A stretch of DNA of 64,000 nucleotides from an uncultured Clostridia bacterium (GTDB lineage Bacteria > Bacillota > Clostridia > Oscillospirales > JAAYOS01), in the NCBI GenBank assembly GCA_947631015.1, contig CANRJS010000001.1:95561-159560 (forward strand), given 5' to 3'. The first letter of the stretch is position 1. The number at the start of each line of letters is the position of its first letter. Below, piece by piece: positions 43,887-53,521 of the stretch. Both the position numbers and the translations under genes were made by a program. The notes under the pieces are model-generated. The model did not search any database. It was not told where the DNA came from and was given only the letters and a program-made list of their open reading frames with translations.

Positions 43887-45127
43887 TATACCACACCTCC
43901 GAACTTTTTTCTGCGGGTTTCGGGAGAAAATGCGGCGGTCGTCGCGGTTTTTTTCAGCAGCTCGAAGTCGACCTCCGAGAGCGGCGTCCTCTCCCGTATG
44001 AGGGACGTGTATATGCCCGCTCTCTCCGCGCCGCCGACGATGATGAATCCGACAAGGCGTCCGTCCTTCAGATAGAACCGTTTCAGCCCGCCGTCCGACT
44101 CTTCCTCGAATACCTCCGAGTCCTCGGCGGAGCATGTCCCGGCGCTCATTATGTGCAGACCGAAGAAACCTATCGAGTTCATCGGTACGGCCTTGTCAAA
44201 CGTCTCGTCTCCGCCCGCCATGTTTACTCCGGCGCAGTGTCCCTGAATATAGGCGTTCGGGAGGATCGCCATGACCTTCCGCTTGCCGCAGGATATGTCC
44301 TCGCTCTCGGTGCAGTCTCCCGCGGCGAAAATCTCCGGCAGACTTGTGCGCATCCGAGGGTCGACGACTATGCCGCGCCCGGTCTCTCCGCCGGCGTCAC
44401 TTACGATCGCGCTGTTCGCGCGGACGCCTACCGCGAGGACGAGCAGGTCAAAGTCCACCGTCCCGCCGCCGGTCATGACGGCGCGGTTTTCTTCAAAGCG
44501 CGCGACGCTCTCCGAAAGCAGGAGGCGTATTCCGTTTGCTTTCAGACACTCCTCCACCGGCGCGGCGGCGCTGTCGTCAAGGATGCTCGAGAGCACCCTT
44601 GGCGCGAGGTCGCAGACCGTTATCTCCGCGACGCGGCCGTGCAGCCCCTCCGCGCATTTCAGCCCGATGAGTCCCGCGCCGACTATGAGCACGCGGCTCT
44701 TTTCGTCCGCCGCCGCGTCGAGGGCGAACATGTCGTCCATCGTCATGAACGGGAAGCGGTTCTTCACCGTCTCCAGTCCCTCGAACTTCGGCACGAACGG
44801 CGAGGAGCCGGAGGCGACGCACAGCGCGTCATACGGGAGTGCCGTGCCGTCGTCAAGCGCGACGGTCTTATGCTCCGCGTCTATGCGGACTGCTCTCCTG
44901 CCGTAGAGCACCTCGCAGCCGTTCTTTTCGTAGAAGTCGTCCGGGCGGTAGTTCATCTTTTCCGGCGTCGTCTTGCCCTCGAGGAAGTAGGATACAAGCG
45001 GGCGGCAGTAGACCGGGCGGCGTTCCTCGGAGATGACGGTTATAGCGCCCTCCGCGTCCGCCAAGCGTATGCCCTCTATGCAGCCCGCGGCGGCGGTCCC
45101 GTTCCCGATTATCACATATTTCTTCAT
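43886..45127 (-). CDS. FAD-dependent pyridine-nucleotide-disulfide oxidoreductase
   Basis: Two dinucleotide-binding motifs, IIGNGTAAAG and VGAGLIG. Confidence 0.85.
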   Translation of the reverse strand: MKKYVIIGNGTAAAGCIEGIRLADAEGAITVISEERRPVYCRPLVSYFLEGKTTPEKMNYRPDDFYEKNGCEVLYGRRAVRIDAEHKTVALDDGTALPYDALCVASGSSPFVPKFEGLETVKNRFPFMTMDDMFALDAAADEKSRVLIVGAGLIGLKCAEGLHGRVAEITVCDLAPRVLSSILDDSAAAPVEECLKANGIRLLLSESVARFEENRAVMTGGGTVDFDLLVLAVGVRANSAIVSDAGGETGRGIVVDPRMRTSLPEIFAAGDCTESEDISCGKRKVMAILPNAYIQGHCAGVNMAGGDETFDKAVPMNSIGFFGLHIMSAGTCSAEDSEVFEEESDGGLKRFYLKDGRLVGFIIVGGAERAGIYTSLIRERTPLSEVDFELLKKTATTAAFSPETRRKKFGGVV

Positions 45128-45131
45128 CCCG

Positions 45132-45560
45132 TCACCTCTCCTCGTAGACTATCGCTCTGTTCGGGCATCCCGTGACGCACGCCGGCTCGCCGCAGGAGTT
45201 TTGCAGGCAGAGCTCGCATTTCTGCATGACGCCGTCCCCATCCGGCGCAAGCGCGCCATAGGGGCAGACGAGGACGCAGGTGAGACATCCGACGCATTTC
45301 TCGCGGTCTATGCGTATCACGCCGTCCTCCTGTCGGAGCGCCCCCGCGATACAGCTTTTCACGCAGATCGGGTCGGTGCAGTGGCGGCAGGACACGGCGT
45401 AGGAGATTTTGTCGTTCTCCTCGATGTGTATCCTCGGATATATAGGCTTGCCCTTCAGCGCCGTCGCCATATCCGGCTTGCCGGAGTTTGCGAAAGCGCA
45501 GTTGTACTCGCAGAGGTGACAGCCGAGGCACCATTCCTCGTTCACATATACTCTTTTCAT
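45132..45560 (-). CDS. 4Fe-4S dicluster protein
   Basis: 142 aa with CLGCHLCEYNC, CRHCTDPIC, CVGCLTCVLVCP and CELCL...C...C motifs. This is the sensible frame at the 3' end of the 597-aa ORF in the track. Confidence 0.8.
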   Translation of the reverse strand: MKRVYVNEEWCLGCHLCEYNCAFANSGKPDMATALKGKPIYPRIHIEENDKISYAVSCRHCTDPICVKSCIAGALRQEDGVIRIDREKCVGCLTCVLVCPYGALAPDGDGVMQKCELCLQNSCGEPACVTGCPNRAIVYEER

Positions 45561-45565
45561 TCTCT

Positions 45566-47074
45566 CTACTCCCCCGCGTGCGAGATACCGAGTATCCCGA
45601 GTTCTTTTTCGTTGAGACCGACGCCCCGGAGCATCATGCGGTTGCCCTTCAGCGCCTCTATCGAATTTATGCCCATGCCGCCCATCAGCTCCATTATCTC
45701 GTGCCGCCACGCGGTCATGAGGTTTATGAGCCGCTCGCTGCCTATATCCGGGTTCAGACGCTTCACGAGCTCCGGGCGCTGTGTGGCTATTCCCCAGTTG
45801 CAGTTGCCGGTGTTGCAGGTGCGGCAGAGGTGGCACCCGAGCGCGAGCAGCGCCGCCGTCGCGACGTAGCACGCGTCCGCGCCCAAAGCTATCGCCTTGA
45901 CGACGTCTGCGGCGCTGCGGATGCTTCCGCCGACGACGAGCGACACGTTGCCGCGTATTCCCTCGTCGCGCAGGCGGCTGTCTACGGCGGCAAGCGCAAG
46001 CTCTATCGGTATACCGACGTTCTCGCGAATGAGCGTCGGCGCGGCGCCGGTGCCGCCCCGGTAGCCGTCTATCGCGATGATGTCCGCGCCGCTCCGCGCG
46101 ATGCCGCTCGCTATGGCGGCGATATTGTGAACCGCCGCGACCTTGACTATGACGGGCTTCCTGTATGCCGTCGCCTCCTTGAGCGAGTAGACGAGCTGTC
46201 TGAGGTCCTCTATCGAGTAGATGTCGTGATGCGGCGCAGGGGATATGGCGTCCGAGCCCTCGGGGATCATCCTCGTGCGCGAGACGTCGCCCACTATCTT
46301 CGTGCCGGGCAGGTGTCCGCCGATGCCGGGCTTTGCGCCCTGACCCATCTTTATCTCTATCGCCGCGCCGGCCTCGAGGTAGTCCTTGTGGACGCCGAAG
46401 CGTCCGGACGCCACCTGGACTATCGTGTTCTTTCCGTAGCGGTAGAAGTCCTCGTGAAGTCCGCCCTCGCCGGTGTTGTAGCATATCCCGAGCGCCTCGG
46501 CGGCGCGCGCGAGCGACGCGTGCGCGTTGTAGCTTATCGAGCCGTAGCTCATCGCCGAAAACATCACCGGCATGGAGAGGTCTATCTGCGGGGAGAGCTC
46601 GGTTTTGAGCTTTCCGTCCGGGCCGCGCTCGGTGCGCGAGGGCTTCTTGCCTAGGAACACGCGCGTCTCCATCGGCTCGCGGAGCGGGTCGATGGAGGGG
46701 TTCGTGACCTGCGAGGCGTTTATCAGTATCCTGTCCCAGTAGACCGGCTGGGGCTTGGGGTTGCCCATGGCCGAGAGCAGCACGCCGCCGCTCGACGCCT
46801 GCCGGTACACCTGCTTTATCGTGTCCGGCTGCCAGTTCGCGTTCTCGCGGAAGGTGCAGTCGCTCTTTATTATCTTCAAAGCCCGCGTCGGGCAGAGCGA
46901 GACGCAGCGCTGACAGTTGACGCATTTCGTCTCATCCGAGAGCATCGCGCCGCGCTCCTCGTTGTAGCTGTGTACCTTGTTCGAGCATTGCCGCTCGCAG
47001 ACGCGGCAGGCGATGCACCTGTCGCTGTTCCGAACGACCTCGAACTCGGGGAATATGAAATCGACCGCGCTCAA
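45566..47074 (-). CDS. FMN-dependent glutamate synthase domain protein with N-terminal 4Fe-4S
   Basis: GltB central-domain motifs (GEGG, KMGQGAKPG, GGTGA) plus two Cx2Cx2Cx3C clusters. Confidence 0.88.
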   Translation of the reverse strand: MSAVDFIFPEFEVVRNSDRCIACRVCERQCSNKVHSYNEERGAMLSDETKCVNCQRCVSLCPTRALKIIKSDCTFRENANWQPDTIKQVYRQASSGGVLLSAMGNPKPQPVYWDRILINASQVTNPSIDPLREPMETRVFLGKKPSRTERGPDGKLKTELSPQIDLSMPVMFSAMSYGSISYNAHASLARAAEALGICYNTGEGGLHEDFYRYGKNTIVQVASGRFGVHKDYLEAGAAIEIKMGQGAKPGIGGHLPGTKIVGDVSRTRMIPEGSDAISPAPHHDIYSIEDLRQLVYSLKEATAYRKPVIVKVAAVHNIAAIASGIARSGADIIAIDGYRGGTGAAPTLIRENVGIPIELALAAVDSRLRDEGIRGNVSLVVGGSIRSAADVVKAIALGADACYVATAALLALGCHLCRTCNTGNCNWGIATQRPELVKRLNPDIGSERLINLMTAWRHEIMELMGGMGINSIEALKGNRMMLRGVGLNEKELGILGISHAGE

Positions 47075-48168
47075 AGCTCCACACCCTCCTTCACTCTGAC
47101 TATGACCGGCTCGCCGCCGAACGGCGCGCGTATCTCGCCGACGTCCGGCTCCATCGTGCGTATGGCGGCCTCCTCGCTTGCGATAAACACCCGGTCGTCC
47201 TTCTCGCCCACGACCATCGAGCGGAGCTTGAGGCGGTCATTGAGGGCCATCAGTCCGCCGGTGAAGCCGAAGACTATCGAGAACGGCCCCGTCACAAGCA
47301 GGCTCGAATACACCGTGCGGAGGTAGGTGTTGAGCCTCCTGTCCTCCTCGCTCGGCTTGTTCGCTATCGTGCTCCAGAACGGCGCCGCTATGACGGCGGA
47401 CGCCTCCTCGAGTGTGAGACTCTGCACCCGAAGCAGATAGTCCATAATGTAGGTCATGACCTCCGTGTCGGTCTGGAGGGTGCATTTGTAGCCGAACATC
47501 TCTATGTAGCGGCGGTTCGCGTCGTAAGAGGAAATTTCACCGTTGTGGATTATCGAGTAGTCGAGCAGCGTGAACGGGTGCGCGCCGCCCCACCATCCGG
47601 GGGTGTTTGTGGGGTATCGACCGTGACCCGTCCAGGAGTAGCCCTCGTACTCCTCGAGCTTGTAGAACTCGCCGACGTCCTCGGGAAATCCCACCGCCTT
47701 GAACGCGCCCATGTTCTTCCCGCTCGAAAAGACGTAAGCGCCCTCAGCCTCCGAGTTTATCTTCATCACCGTCTCCGCGACGAACGCCTTCTCGTCTAGC
47801 TGCACCGACGCGAGGACGCTCTTCAGCGGCGCGACGAAGTAGCGCCAGATTATCGGCTCGTCGGTGATGGCGGGTATCTTCCGCGTGGGGATTATCTCGG
47901 ACTGGACTATCTCGAACCGCTTCTCAAGGAAGCGCTCGCAGTTCTCGCGCGCCGTGCGGTCGTCAAAGAAGATGTGCAGCGCATACAGTTCCCTGTATTC
48001 GGGGTATATCCCGTAGCCCGCAAAGCCTCCGCCGAGTCCGTTTGAACGGTCGTGCATCGGCTTCATGGCGTTTGTTATGAGTTCGCCCGTCATCTTCTTC
48101 CCGTCCCGCGAGATGACGGCGGCTATCGCACACCCGGAGGGGATGCGCACCTCGCCTTCCAGCTTCAT
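47071..48168 (-). CDS. class-II glutamine amidotransferase (GltB domain-1-like)
   Basis: 365 aa with SGCAIAAV near the N-terminus and HGRYPTNT / HNGEI motifs. First gene of the operon. Confidence 0.8.
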   Translation of the reverse strand: MKLEGEVRIPSGCAIAAVISRDGKKMTGELITNAMKPMHDRSNGLGGGFAGYGIYPEYRELYALHIFFDDRTARENCERFLEKRFEIVQSEIIPTRKIPAITDEPIIWRYFVAPLKSVLASVQLDEKAFVAETVMKINSEAEGAYVFSSGKNMGAFKAVGFPEDVGEFYKLEEYEGYSWTGHGRYPTNTPGWWGGAHPFTLLDYSIIHNGEISSYDANRRYIEMFGYKCTLQTDTEVMTYIMDYLLRVQSLTLEEASAVIAAPFWSTIANKPSEEDRRLNTYLRTVYSSLLVTGPFSIVFGFTGGLMALNDRLKLRSMVVGEKDDRVFIASEEAAIRTMEPDVGEIRAPFGGEPVIVRVKEGVEL

Positions 48169-48187
48169 TCCGTCTCATTCCTTTCGG

Positions 48188-48236
48188 AAAAAATAAAAGC
48201 GCCCATTTCGGCGCGGCAAGCTGCCACGCCGAAATG
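48188..48236 (-). terminator. leader terminator (attenuator) of the GOGAT-glnA-ANTAR operon
   Basis: On the minus strand: stem CATTTCGGCG/CGCCGAAATG followed by TTTTATTTTTT, lying between the promoter and the SD. An alternative upstream stem GAAATGA/TCATTTC competes with it. Confidence 0.6.
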
Positions 48237-48260
48237 AACGCCATTGCTCATTTCCTCTAC

Positions 48261-48289
48261 ATTATATCCCGCCGCCGCAGGGTTGTCAA
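48261..48289 (-). promoter_or_regulatory. consensus sigma-70 promoter (leftward)
   Basis: On the minus strand: TTGACA, 17-nt spacer, TATAAT. Confidence 0.7.
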
Positions 48290-48328
48290 TACAAAGCCGC
48301 ATTTATCCTCCGACCCGAAAAAAATCTG

Positions 48329-48357
48329 TTGACAAACGGAATTTTCCGGCGTATAAT
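48329..48357 (+). promoter_or_regulatory. consensus sigma-70 promoter (rightward, GS-III)
   Basis: TTGACA, 17-nt spacer, TATAAT. Confidence 0.7.
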
Positions 48358-48374
48358 TCCTTCCGTAAAGGCAA

Positions 48375-48416
48375 AGGCGTCTTTGGTGCTCCGGCACCGA
48401 AGACGCCTCATTTTTT
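48375..48416 (+). terminator. leader terminator (attenuator) of the GS-III gene
   Basis: A 15-bp stem AGGCGTCTTTGGTGC/GCACCGAAGACGCCT followed by CATTTTTT, 50 nt upstream of ATG 48465. Confidence 0.65.
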
Positions 48417-48464
48417 GTCCGTAAGCAGCGCTTCGGACATTCGCGAAAGGGAGAAGCAAAGAAT

Positions 48465-50561
48465 ATGAGCAACATACCCGACTATTTTGGCAGCCTTGTT
48501 TTCGACGACCGCGTCATGAAGGCGACTCTCGCCGCAGACGTATACGGCTCCCTCAGGAGAACGATAGACGAGGGCGCGCAGCTCGACCCGGAGGTGGCGG
48601 ACGCCGTTGCCGTCGCTATGAAGGACTGGGCTGTCGCCCACGGCGCGACGCACTACACCCACTGGTTCCAGCCGCTCACCGGCATCACGGCGGAGAAGCA
48701 TGACAGCTTCATCTCCCCCTCCCCGGACGGCGGCGTCATCATGTACTTCTCCGGCAAGGAGCTGATAAAGGGCGAGCCGGACGCGTCGAGCTTCCCCTCC
48801 GGCGGCATCCGCGCCACCTTTGAGGCTCGTGGCTACACCGCGTGGGACCCGACCTCCTACGCCTTCATCAAGGGCAAGACCCTCTGCATACCGACGGCGT
48901 TCTGCTCCTACGGCGGCGAGGCGCTCGACAAGAAGACGCCGCTCCTCCGCTCGATGGACGCGCTCAACCGGCAGGCGCTCCGCATTCTCCGGCTGTTCGG
49001 CAACGACACGGTGAAGTGCGTCCGCAGCTCGGTTGGGCCGGAGCAGGAATACTTCCTTGTCACAAAGGAGATGTACGACAAGCGCCCCGACCTACGCTTC
49101 ACCGGCCGCACGCTCTTCGGCGTGAAGCCGCCGAAGGGTCAGGAGATGGACGACCACTACTTCGGCGCGATAAAGCCGCGCGTGCTTGAGTACATGGAGG
49201 ATCTTAACGAGGAGCTGTGGAAGCTCGGCATCCTCGCAAAGACCGAGCACAACGAAGTGGCGCCTGCCCAGCACGAGCTCGCGCCGATATACTCCACGAC
49301 AAATATCGCCACCGACCACAACCAGCTCACCATGGAGATAATGCAGAAGGTCGCGGAGAGGCACGGACTTGTCTGCCTGCTGCACGAGAAACCCTTCGAC
49401 GGCGTCAACGGCTCGGGCAAGCACAACAACTGGTCTATATCCACCGACACCGGCGTGAACCTTCTCTCCCCCGGCGAAACGCCGTATGACAACGCGCAGT
49501 TTCTTCTGTTCCTCTGCGCCGTCATAAAGGCGGTGGACGACTATCAGGACCTCCTCCGCATCTCCGTTGCGACCGCAGGAAACGACCACCGTCTCGGCGC
49601 GAACGAGGCTCCGCCCGCCGTCGTGTCGATGTTCCTCGGCGACGAGCTGAACGCCGTCCTCGAAGCCATAGAGAGCGACACGCCGTACAAGGGCGTCGAA
49701 AAGACGACGATGAAGCTCGGCGTCGACGTTCTGCCTACCTTCAGCCGCGACACCACCGACCGCAACCGCACCTCGCCCTTCGCGTTCACCGGCAACAAGT
49801 TCGAGTTCCGCATGGTCGGCTCCTCGGACAGCATAGCGTGTGCAAACGTCATGCTGAACACCGCCGTCGCGGAGAGCCTGCGAATATATGCCGACCGTCT
49901 CGAGGCCGCTGATGACTTCAAGACCGCCCTCGGCGAGATGATAAAAAAGACGATAAAGGACCATAAGAAGATAATCTTCAACGGCAACGGCTATGACGAC
50001 GCGTGGATAGAGGAAGCCACCGAGAAACGCGGTCTTCTCAACTACCGCACCACGCCGGACTGCCTGCCGCACCTGCTCGACAAGAAGAACGTCGATATGC
50101 TAACCTCGCACGGCGTCTACACCCTCACAGAGCTCAGGAGCCGCTACGAGATAATCCTCGAGAACTACTGCAAGACCGTCACCATCGAGGCAAATACCAT
50201 GAGCGGCATGGCAAGGACACAGATAGCCCCCGCAGTCGAGGCGTACTCCGCAGAGCTCGCGGGCTCGGTCGCGGCGAAGCGCGCCGTCGACCCCTCGATA
50301 GCGTGCGTCTACGAGAGCTCGCTTGTGCGTAAGCTCAGCGGCCTCCTTGACGGCATAGCCGAGGCCGCCGACGCGCTCGACGCAGCTGTAGCCGAGATAG
50401 GCTCCAAGGGCGAGATCGGCGACGAGGCCAACTACATCCGCGACGTCGTTATCGCAAGGATGGCCGACCTCCGCAGTGTCTGCGACGAGGCCGAGACCGT
50501 CACCTCCAAGAAGTACTGGCCGTTCCCGTCGTATGCGGATTTGTTGTTCAGTGTAAGGTAG
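48465..50561 (+). CDS. glnN: glutamine synthetase type III
   Basis: 698 aa with a GS-III-type N-terminus ([12 protein letters not shown]...[11 protein letters not shown]) and a long C-terminal extension. Confidence 0.88.
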   Translation: MSNIPDYFGSLVFDDRVMKATLAADVYGSLRRTIDEGAQLDPEVADAVAVAMKDWAVAHGATHYTHWFQPLTGITAEKHDSFISPSPDGGVIMYFSGKELIKGEPDASSFPSGGIRATFEARGYTAWDPTSYAFIKGKTLCIPTAFCSYGGEALDKKTPLLRSMDALNRQALRILRLFGNDTVKCVRSSVGPEQEYFLVTKEMYDKRPDLRFTGRTLFGVKPPKGQEMDDHYFGAIKPRVLEYMEDLNEELWKLGILAKTEHNEVAPAQHELAPIYSTTNIATDHNQLTMEIMQKVAERHGLVCLLHEKPFDGVNGSGKHNNWSISTDTGVNLLSPGETPYDNAQFLLFLCAVIKAVDDYQDLLRISVATAGNDHRLGANEAPPAVVSMFLGDELNAVLEAIESDTPYKGVEKTTMKLGVDVLPTFSRDTTDRNRTSPFAFTGNKFEFRMVGSSDSIACANVMLNTAVAESLRIYADRLEAADDFKTALGEMIKKTIKDHKKIIFNGNGYDDAWIEEATEKRGLLNYRTTPDCLPHLLDKKNVDMLTSHGVYTLTELRSRYEIILENYCKTVTIEANTMSGMARTQIAPAVEAYSAELAGSVAAKRAVDPSIACVYESSLVRKLSGLLDGIAEAADALDAAVAEIGSKGEIGDEANYIRDVVIARMADLRSVCDEAETVTSKKYWPFPSYADLLFSVR

Positions 50562-50574
50562 TCTAAGAAAACAG

Positions 50575-50608
50575 CAGGTCGCGGGCTTCGCCCGCGACCT
50601 GTTTCTTT
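50575..50608 (+). terminator. intrinsic terminator
   Basis: A 12-bp stem CAGGTCGCGGGC/GCCCGCGACCTG followed by TTTCTTT. Confidence 0.7.
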
Positions 50609-50620
50609 ACTAGGCTTTTG

Positions 50621-52075
50621 TTAAGACGTTCTTTCGACACACAGCAGGTACCGGAAGCGGTACTCATCTTGCCCGTCTTCCGCGAGAAGCCAGACGCCAT
50701 CAACGGGAATGTATCCCTCGGTCTCGAGAGTACACGTCACGCTCCACCCGTCTCCCGAGGCGGAATAGGTCCCTTCACGGGGGCGGGTCACATTATCTAT
50801 CACATTTTTCCACTCGCCAAGCGCCACGGCGCCGTGTCCCGTAAAGGCGCTCATCATGGCGGTTATCCTGTCAGCCGGTATAATCACCATAGATCGTACC
50901 GGGTCTACACTTTCGACCGGCGCCGTATATGTGTAGGTGACAGACTTCAGCAGGTCTCCCTCGGTCTTGTACTCGAACCCGGCAACGTCGGCATAACCGA
51001 CGTTTGCGCCGCGTTCCAGCGTTCCGTCGTCCGCCATTCTTTCGTCGGACGGTTCAAAGCCGATAAAGCCGCAGTATTGGTTGTAATTTTCGGCAAACTC
51101 CGCTATCGTAAGACTTCCCGTATGAACCGGCCGCGCCGCCGCAAATATCAGCCCGACGGCTGCAAGGGTTTGGAGAAGATTTGCCGCCACAAAACCGGCG
51201 GCGCGGAGCCTGCTTCCCTTGACACTCCAGAAGCCGTAGGGACTTTTTGCCGCGAAGTCGTCCCACACCTCATCCTCATTTTCCCACGGCTGTCCCCACT
51301 CATTCCGGCACCGCCTGTAGGCGAGGATGTTGGTTATGATTCCGACGACAGGCAGATCGAGTCCCATGCCGGAGATGATGACGTTTGCCGTCCGCCTCGC
51401 CGCCTCGTGATAACTAAGGAGGCTCCCGTCCGAGCGGGTGAGCTTCAGCCCCAGCAGCGCCTTTCCCGGCGTGGTACCCAGCTTCGAGAGAAAGATCGGC
51501 TCCGCCGCAAGCATCAGAAGCAGCGACACGACGGTACCGAGGATATCGAGCACCAACTCCCAAGCTCCGCCCGCCGCAGGGTTTACACGCAGGAGCGCGA
51601 GTATCGCGATCCAGACGAGATTACAGAGCGCATAGTCGAGCATCCTCGCGAAGTACCGCCTGAATGGTATAAAGTGCCGCACGTCCCGCACCTCCGGCTC
51701 GGGGAACCGAGCCGCCGGAGCAACGTCTGCATAGCGCTCCGGTTCGAGACGTTCCCAGCTTGTACGGTCGCTCCTTATCCTCTCGCAGAGGGTCTGGGCG
51801 CGCTCTATGCGTTCGCGGTCACCTTTGAGCCGCATAAGGCATGCGTCGAGAACGTCGTCAAGCCGGCGCGTTCCGTTTTTCACCGCCGCGATGTCTTCTA
51901 TCGGACAGTCCAGCTCCCGCAGCAGCTTTATCTTCTTCAGGTCTTCGAGGTCCCGCTCCGAGTAGTTCCTGTACCCGTTTTCTCCTCGCGAGGGCGAGAT
52001 CAGCCCCTCGCTCTCGTAATACCTGATGCTCGCGCGCGGGAGGCCGACGGCGGTCTCTACCTCTTTTATCGTCAC
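50621..52075 (-). CDS. membrane-anchored MerR-family regulator with an RDD domain
   Basis: GTG start after SD AAGGAG. The N-terminus carries a MerR HTH (IKEVETAVGLPRASIRYYESEGL). An RDD-like multi-TM segment lies in the middle, followed by a C-terminal domain of about 180 aa with unknown function. Confidence 0.8.
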   Translation of the reverse strand: MTIKEVETAVGLPRASIRYYESEGLISPSRGENGYRNYSERDLEDLKKIKLLRELDCPIEDIAAVKNGTRRLDDVLDACLMRLKGDRERIERAQTLCERIRSDRTSWERLEPERYADVAPAARFPEPEVRDVRHFIPFRRYFARMLDYALCNLVWIAILALLRVNPAAGGAWELVLDILGTVVSLLLMLAAEPIFLSKLGTTPGKALLGLKLTRSDGSLLSYHEAARRTANVIISGMGLDLPVVGIITNILAYRRCRNEWGQPWENEDEVWDDFAAKSPYGFWSVKGSRLRAAGFVAANLLQTLAAVGLIFAAARPVHTGSLTIAEFAENYNQYCGFIGFEPSDERMADDGTLERGANVGYADVAGFEYKTEGDLLKSVTYTYTAPVESVDPVRSMVIIPADRITAMMSAFTGHGAVALGEWKNVIDNVTRPREGTYSASGDGWSVTCTLETEGYIPVDGVWLLAEDGQDEYRFRYLLCVERTS

Positions 52076-52119
52076 CTTGCCGCACTCCTTTCCGGGAAAA
52101 GGACTTCCCGTTTTCCATC

Positions 52120-52150
52120 ATTATAGAGTATAAAGCAGGTTTACAGTCAA
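52120..52150 (-). promoter_or_regulatory. MerR-style promoter with a 19-nt spacer
   Basis: On the minus strand: TTGACT, 19-nt spacer, TATAAT. The imperfect dyad ACTGTAAA-N5-TTTATACT overlaps the end of the -35 box and most of the spacer. Confidence 0.45.
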
Positions 52151-52333
52151 GAGGAAAAGTGAGAATTTCTCGAAATTCCCCGGTTTTTTCCTATTATCGG
52201 AAGAGGCGTTCGCCCGAAAGGCGAACGCCTCTTTGTGCGGTAGTGCAGCAGGGTCTCTATGTCCGAACGCGTACCGAATCAGCAAATGCCGCTGTTCGCC
52301 GGAACGGTTTACGCAGTTCCGGGAAAGCGCTGC

Positions 52334-53512
52334 TCACCCGTTGAGAAATCCGATAAGCTCGCTGCTTACGTTCTCCTGATGGAACATGAATATAACGGCG
52401 TCTATATTGCGCGTCTTCACGAGCTCCTGCAAAGGGATATCCCTATATGCCCGCGGGTCGATAACGTTCACCTCGCGGAACAGCTCGGTGAAGTAGTCGG
52501 TCGTCAGGTTCTGGTAGGAGTCCTTCAGGATAAGGACGCGCTTATCGCTGCGCGCGTCGGGATTTATCACGCGGAAGTATCCGAGGTTGTCGGTAGAGAG
52601 CGTACTATAGTTCAGCTCCGTGCTTCCGAGTCCGCGCGCAACTATCTCGCTCCGTTCGACCTTCACGGAGTCGTCTACGGATGTGTAATATTCAATGCGT
52701 TCAGCGTTCTTTACGCCGTAATACGGTATGAACTCCCGGGTCGAAAGCAAATTCGAGAACCGGCGGTTGAGGTCGCCCATATACTCTGCTTTGCTGGTGA
52801 GGTCCCGCCACTCGAAGTCGTCCTCCCTCGGGATGTCCGCATTTGATATTATCCCCTCGTGCGCAAGTTCCTCCGCGACGCTCTCCGCCGCCCGAAACGC
52901 GCCAAGCGCGTTCCAGTGGAAGTCGGTGCGGTAGTACATCCGCTCCGCCTCATTCTCTCCGTAAAGCTCGAGAAAATCACCGCTGACGTCTGCCGCCGTG
53001 ACTCCGTTTGCCGACGCTATCGCGTCGAGCAGCCGGGTACGGTTTGACGACGTATTGGCCGCGTCCAGATATGGCTCCGCCAGCCCCGCAAGCATATCGT
53101 TCTTCTGCGGGAGCAGAGCATACACGAAGGGCACGCCGGTCCTCCCCGCCGCCCCCTCGAGCGCGGAAGCAAGGTCTTGCAGAGAGCTGTCAGTCAAGGT
53201 GTATGGAAACGTGAGAAGCCAGCCGTCCGACGTGACGTAGGTGTTCCGCGCGAAGCGCTTTCCCTGAATCAGCTCGAGCGCGGAGTAGACGCCGAGAAGC
53301 CTCTCCCTCATCGGGAACTGGTCGACTGCGTAGTTGTTCCAGTTTTCGGTAAGCGCCTCAAGGTCGCTCAGGTCGTTTACGGGACGTGCCGTGAGGGTGC
53401 GGTTCTCCGCAAGACTGCTCTGCGCGTCCGGGAGGGCAATTCCGAGCAGCGCACAGCCGGCGAGTATTCCGAAAAAGGCGATAACAGTAAGATATGCCGT
53501 TATTTTTCTCAT
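52334..53512 (-). CDS. DHHW/AlgJ-like SGNH O-acetyltransferase accessory protein
   Basis: An N-terminal TM and a YRTDFHWN motif. It is paired with the MBOAT gene. Confidence 0.75.
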   Translation of the reverse strand: MRKITAYLTVIAFFGILAGCALLGIALPDAQSSLAENRTLTARPVNDLSDLEALTENWNNYAVDQFPMRERLLGVYSALELIQGKRFARNTYVTSDGWLLTFPYTLTDSSLQDLASALEGAAGRTGVPFVYALLPQKNDMLAGLAEPYLDAANTSSNRTRLLDAIASANGVTAADVSGDFLELYGENEAERMYYRTDFHWNALGAFRAAESVAEELAHEGIISNADIPREDDFEWRDLTSKAEYMGDLNRRFSNLLSTREFIPYYGVKNAERIEYYTSVDDSVKVERSEIVARGLGSTELNYSTLSTDNLGYFRVINPDARSDKRVLILKDSYQNLTTDYFTELFREVNVIDPRAYRDIPLQELVKTRNIDAVIFMFHQENVSSELIGFLNG

Positions 53513-53521
53513 ACCCTCACC

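Noticed and set aside
45132-46925. A 597-aa Arg-rich minus-strand ORF in the ORF track.
   Set aside because: Only its last 142 codons (45132-45560) give a sensible 4Fe-4S protein. The rest overlaps, out of frame, the well-supported FMN glutamate synthase gene at 45566-47074.
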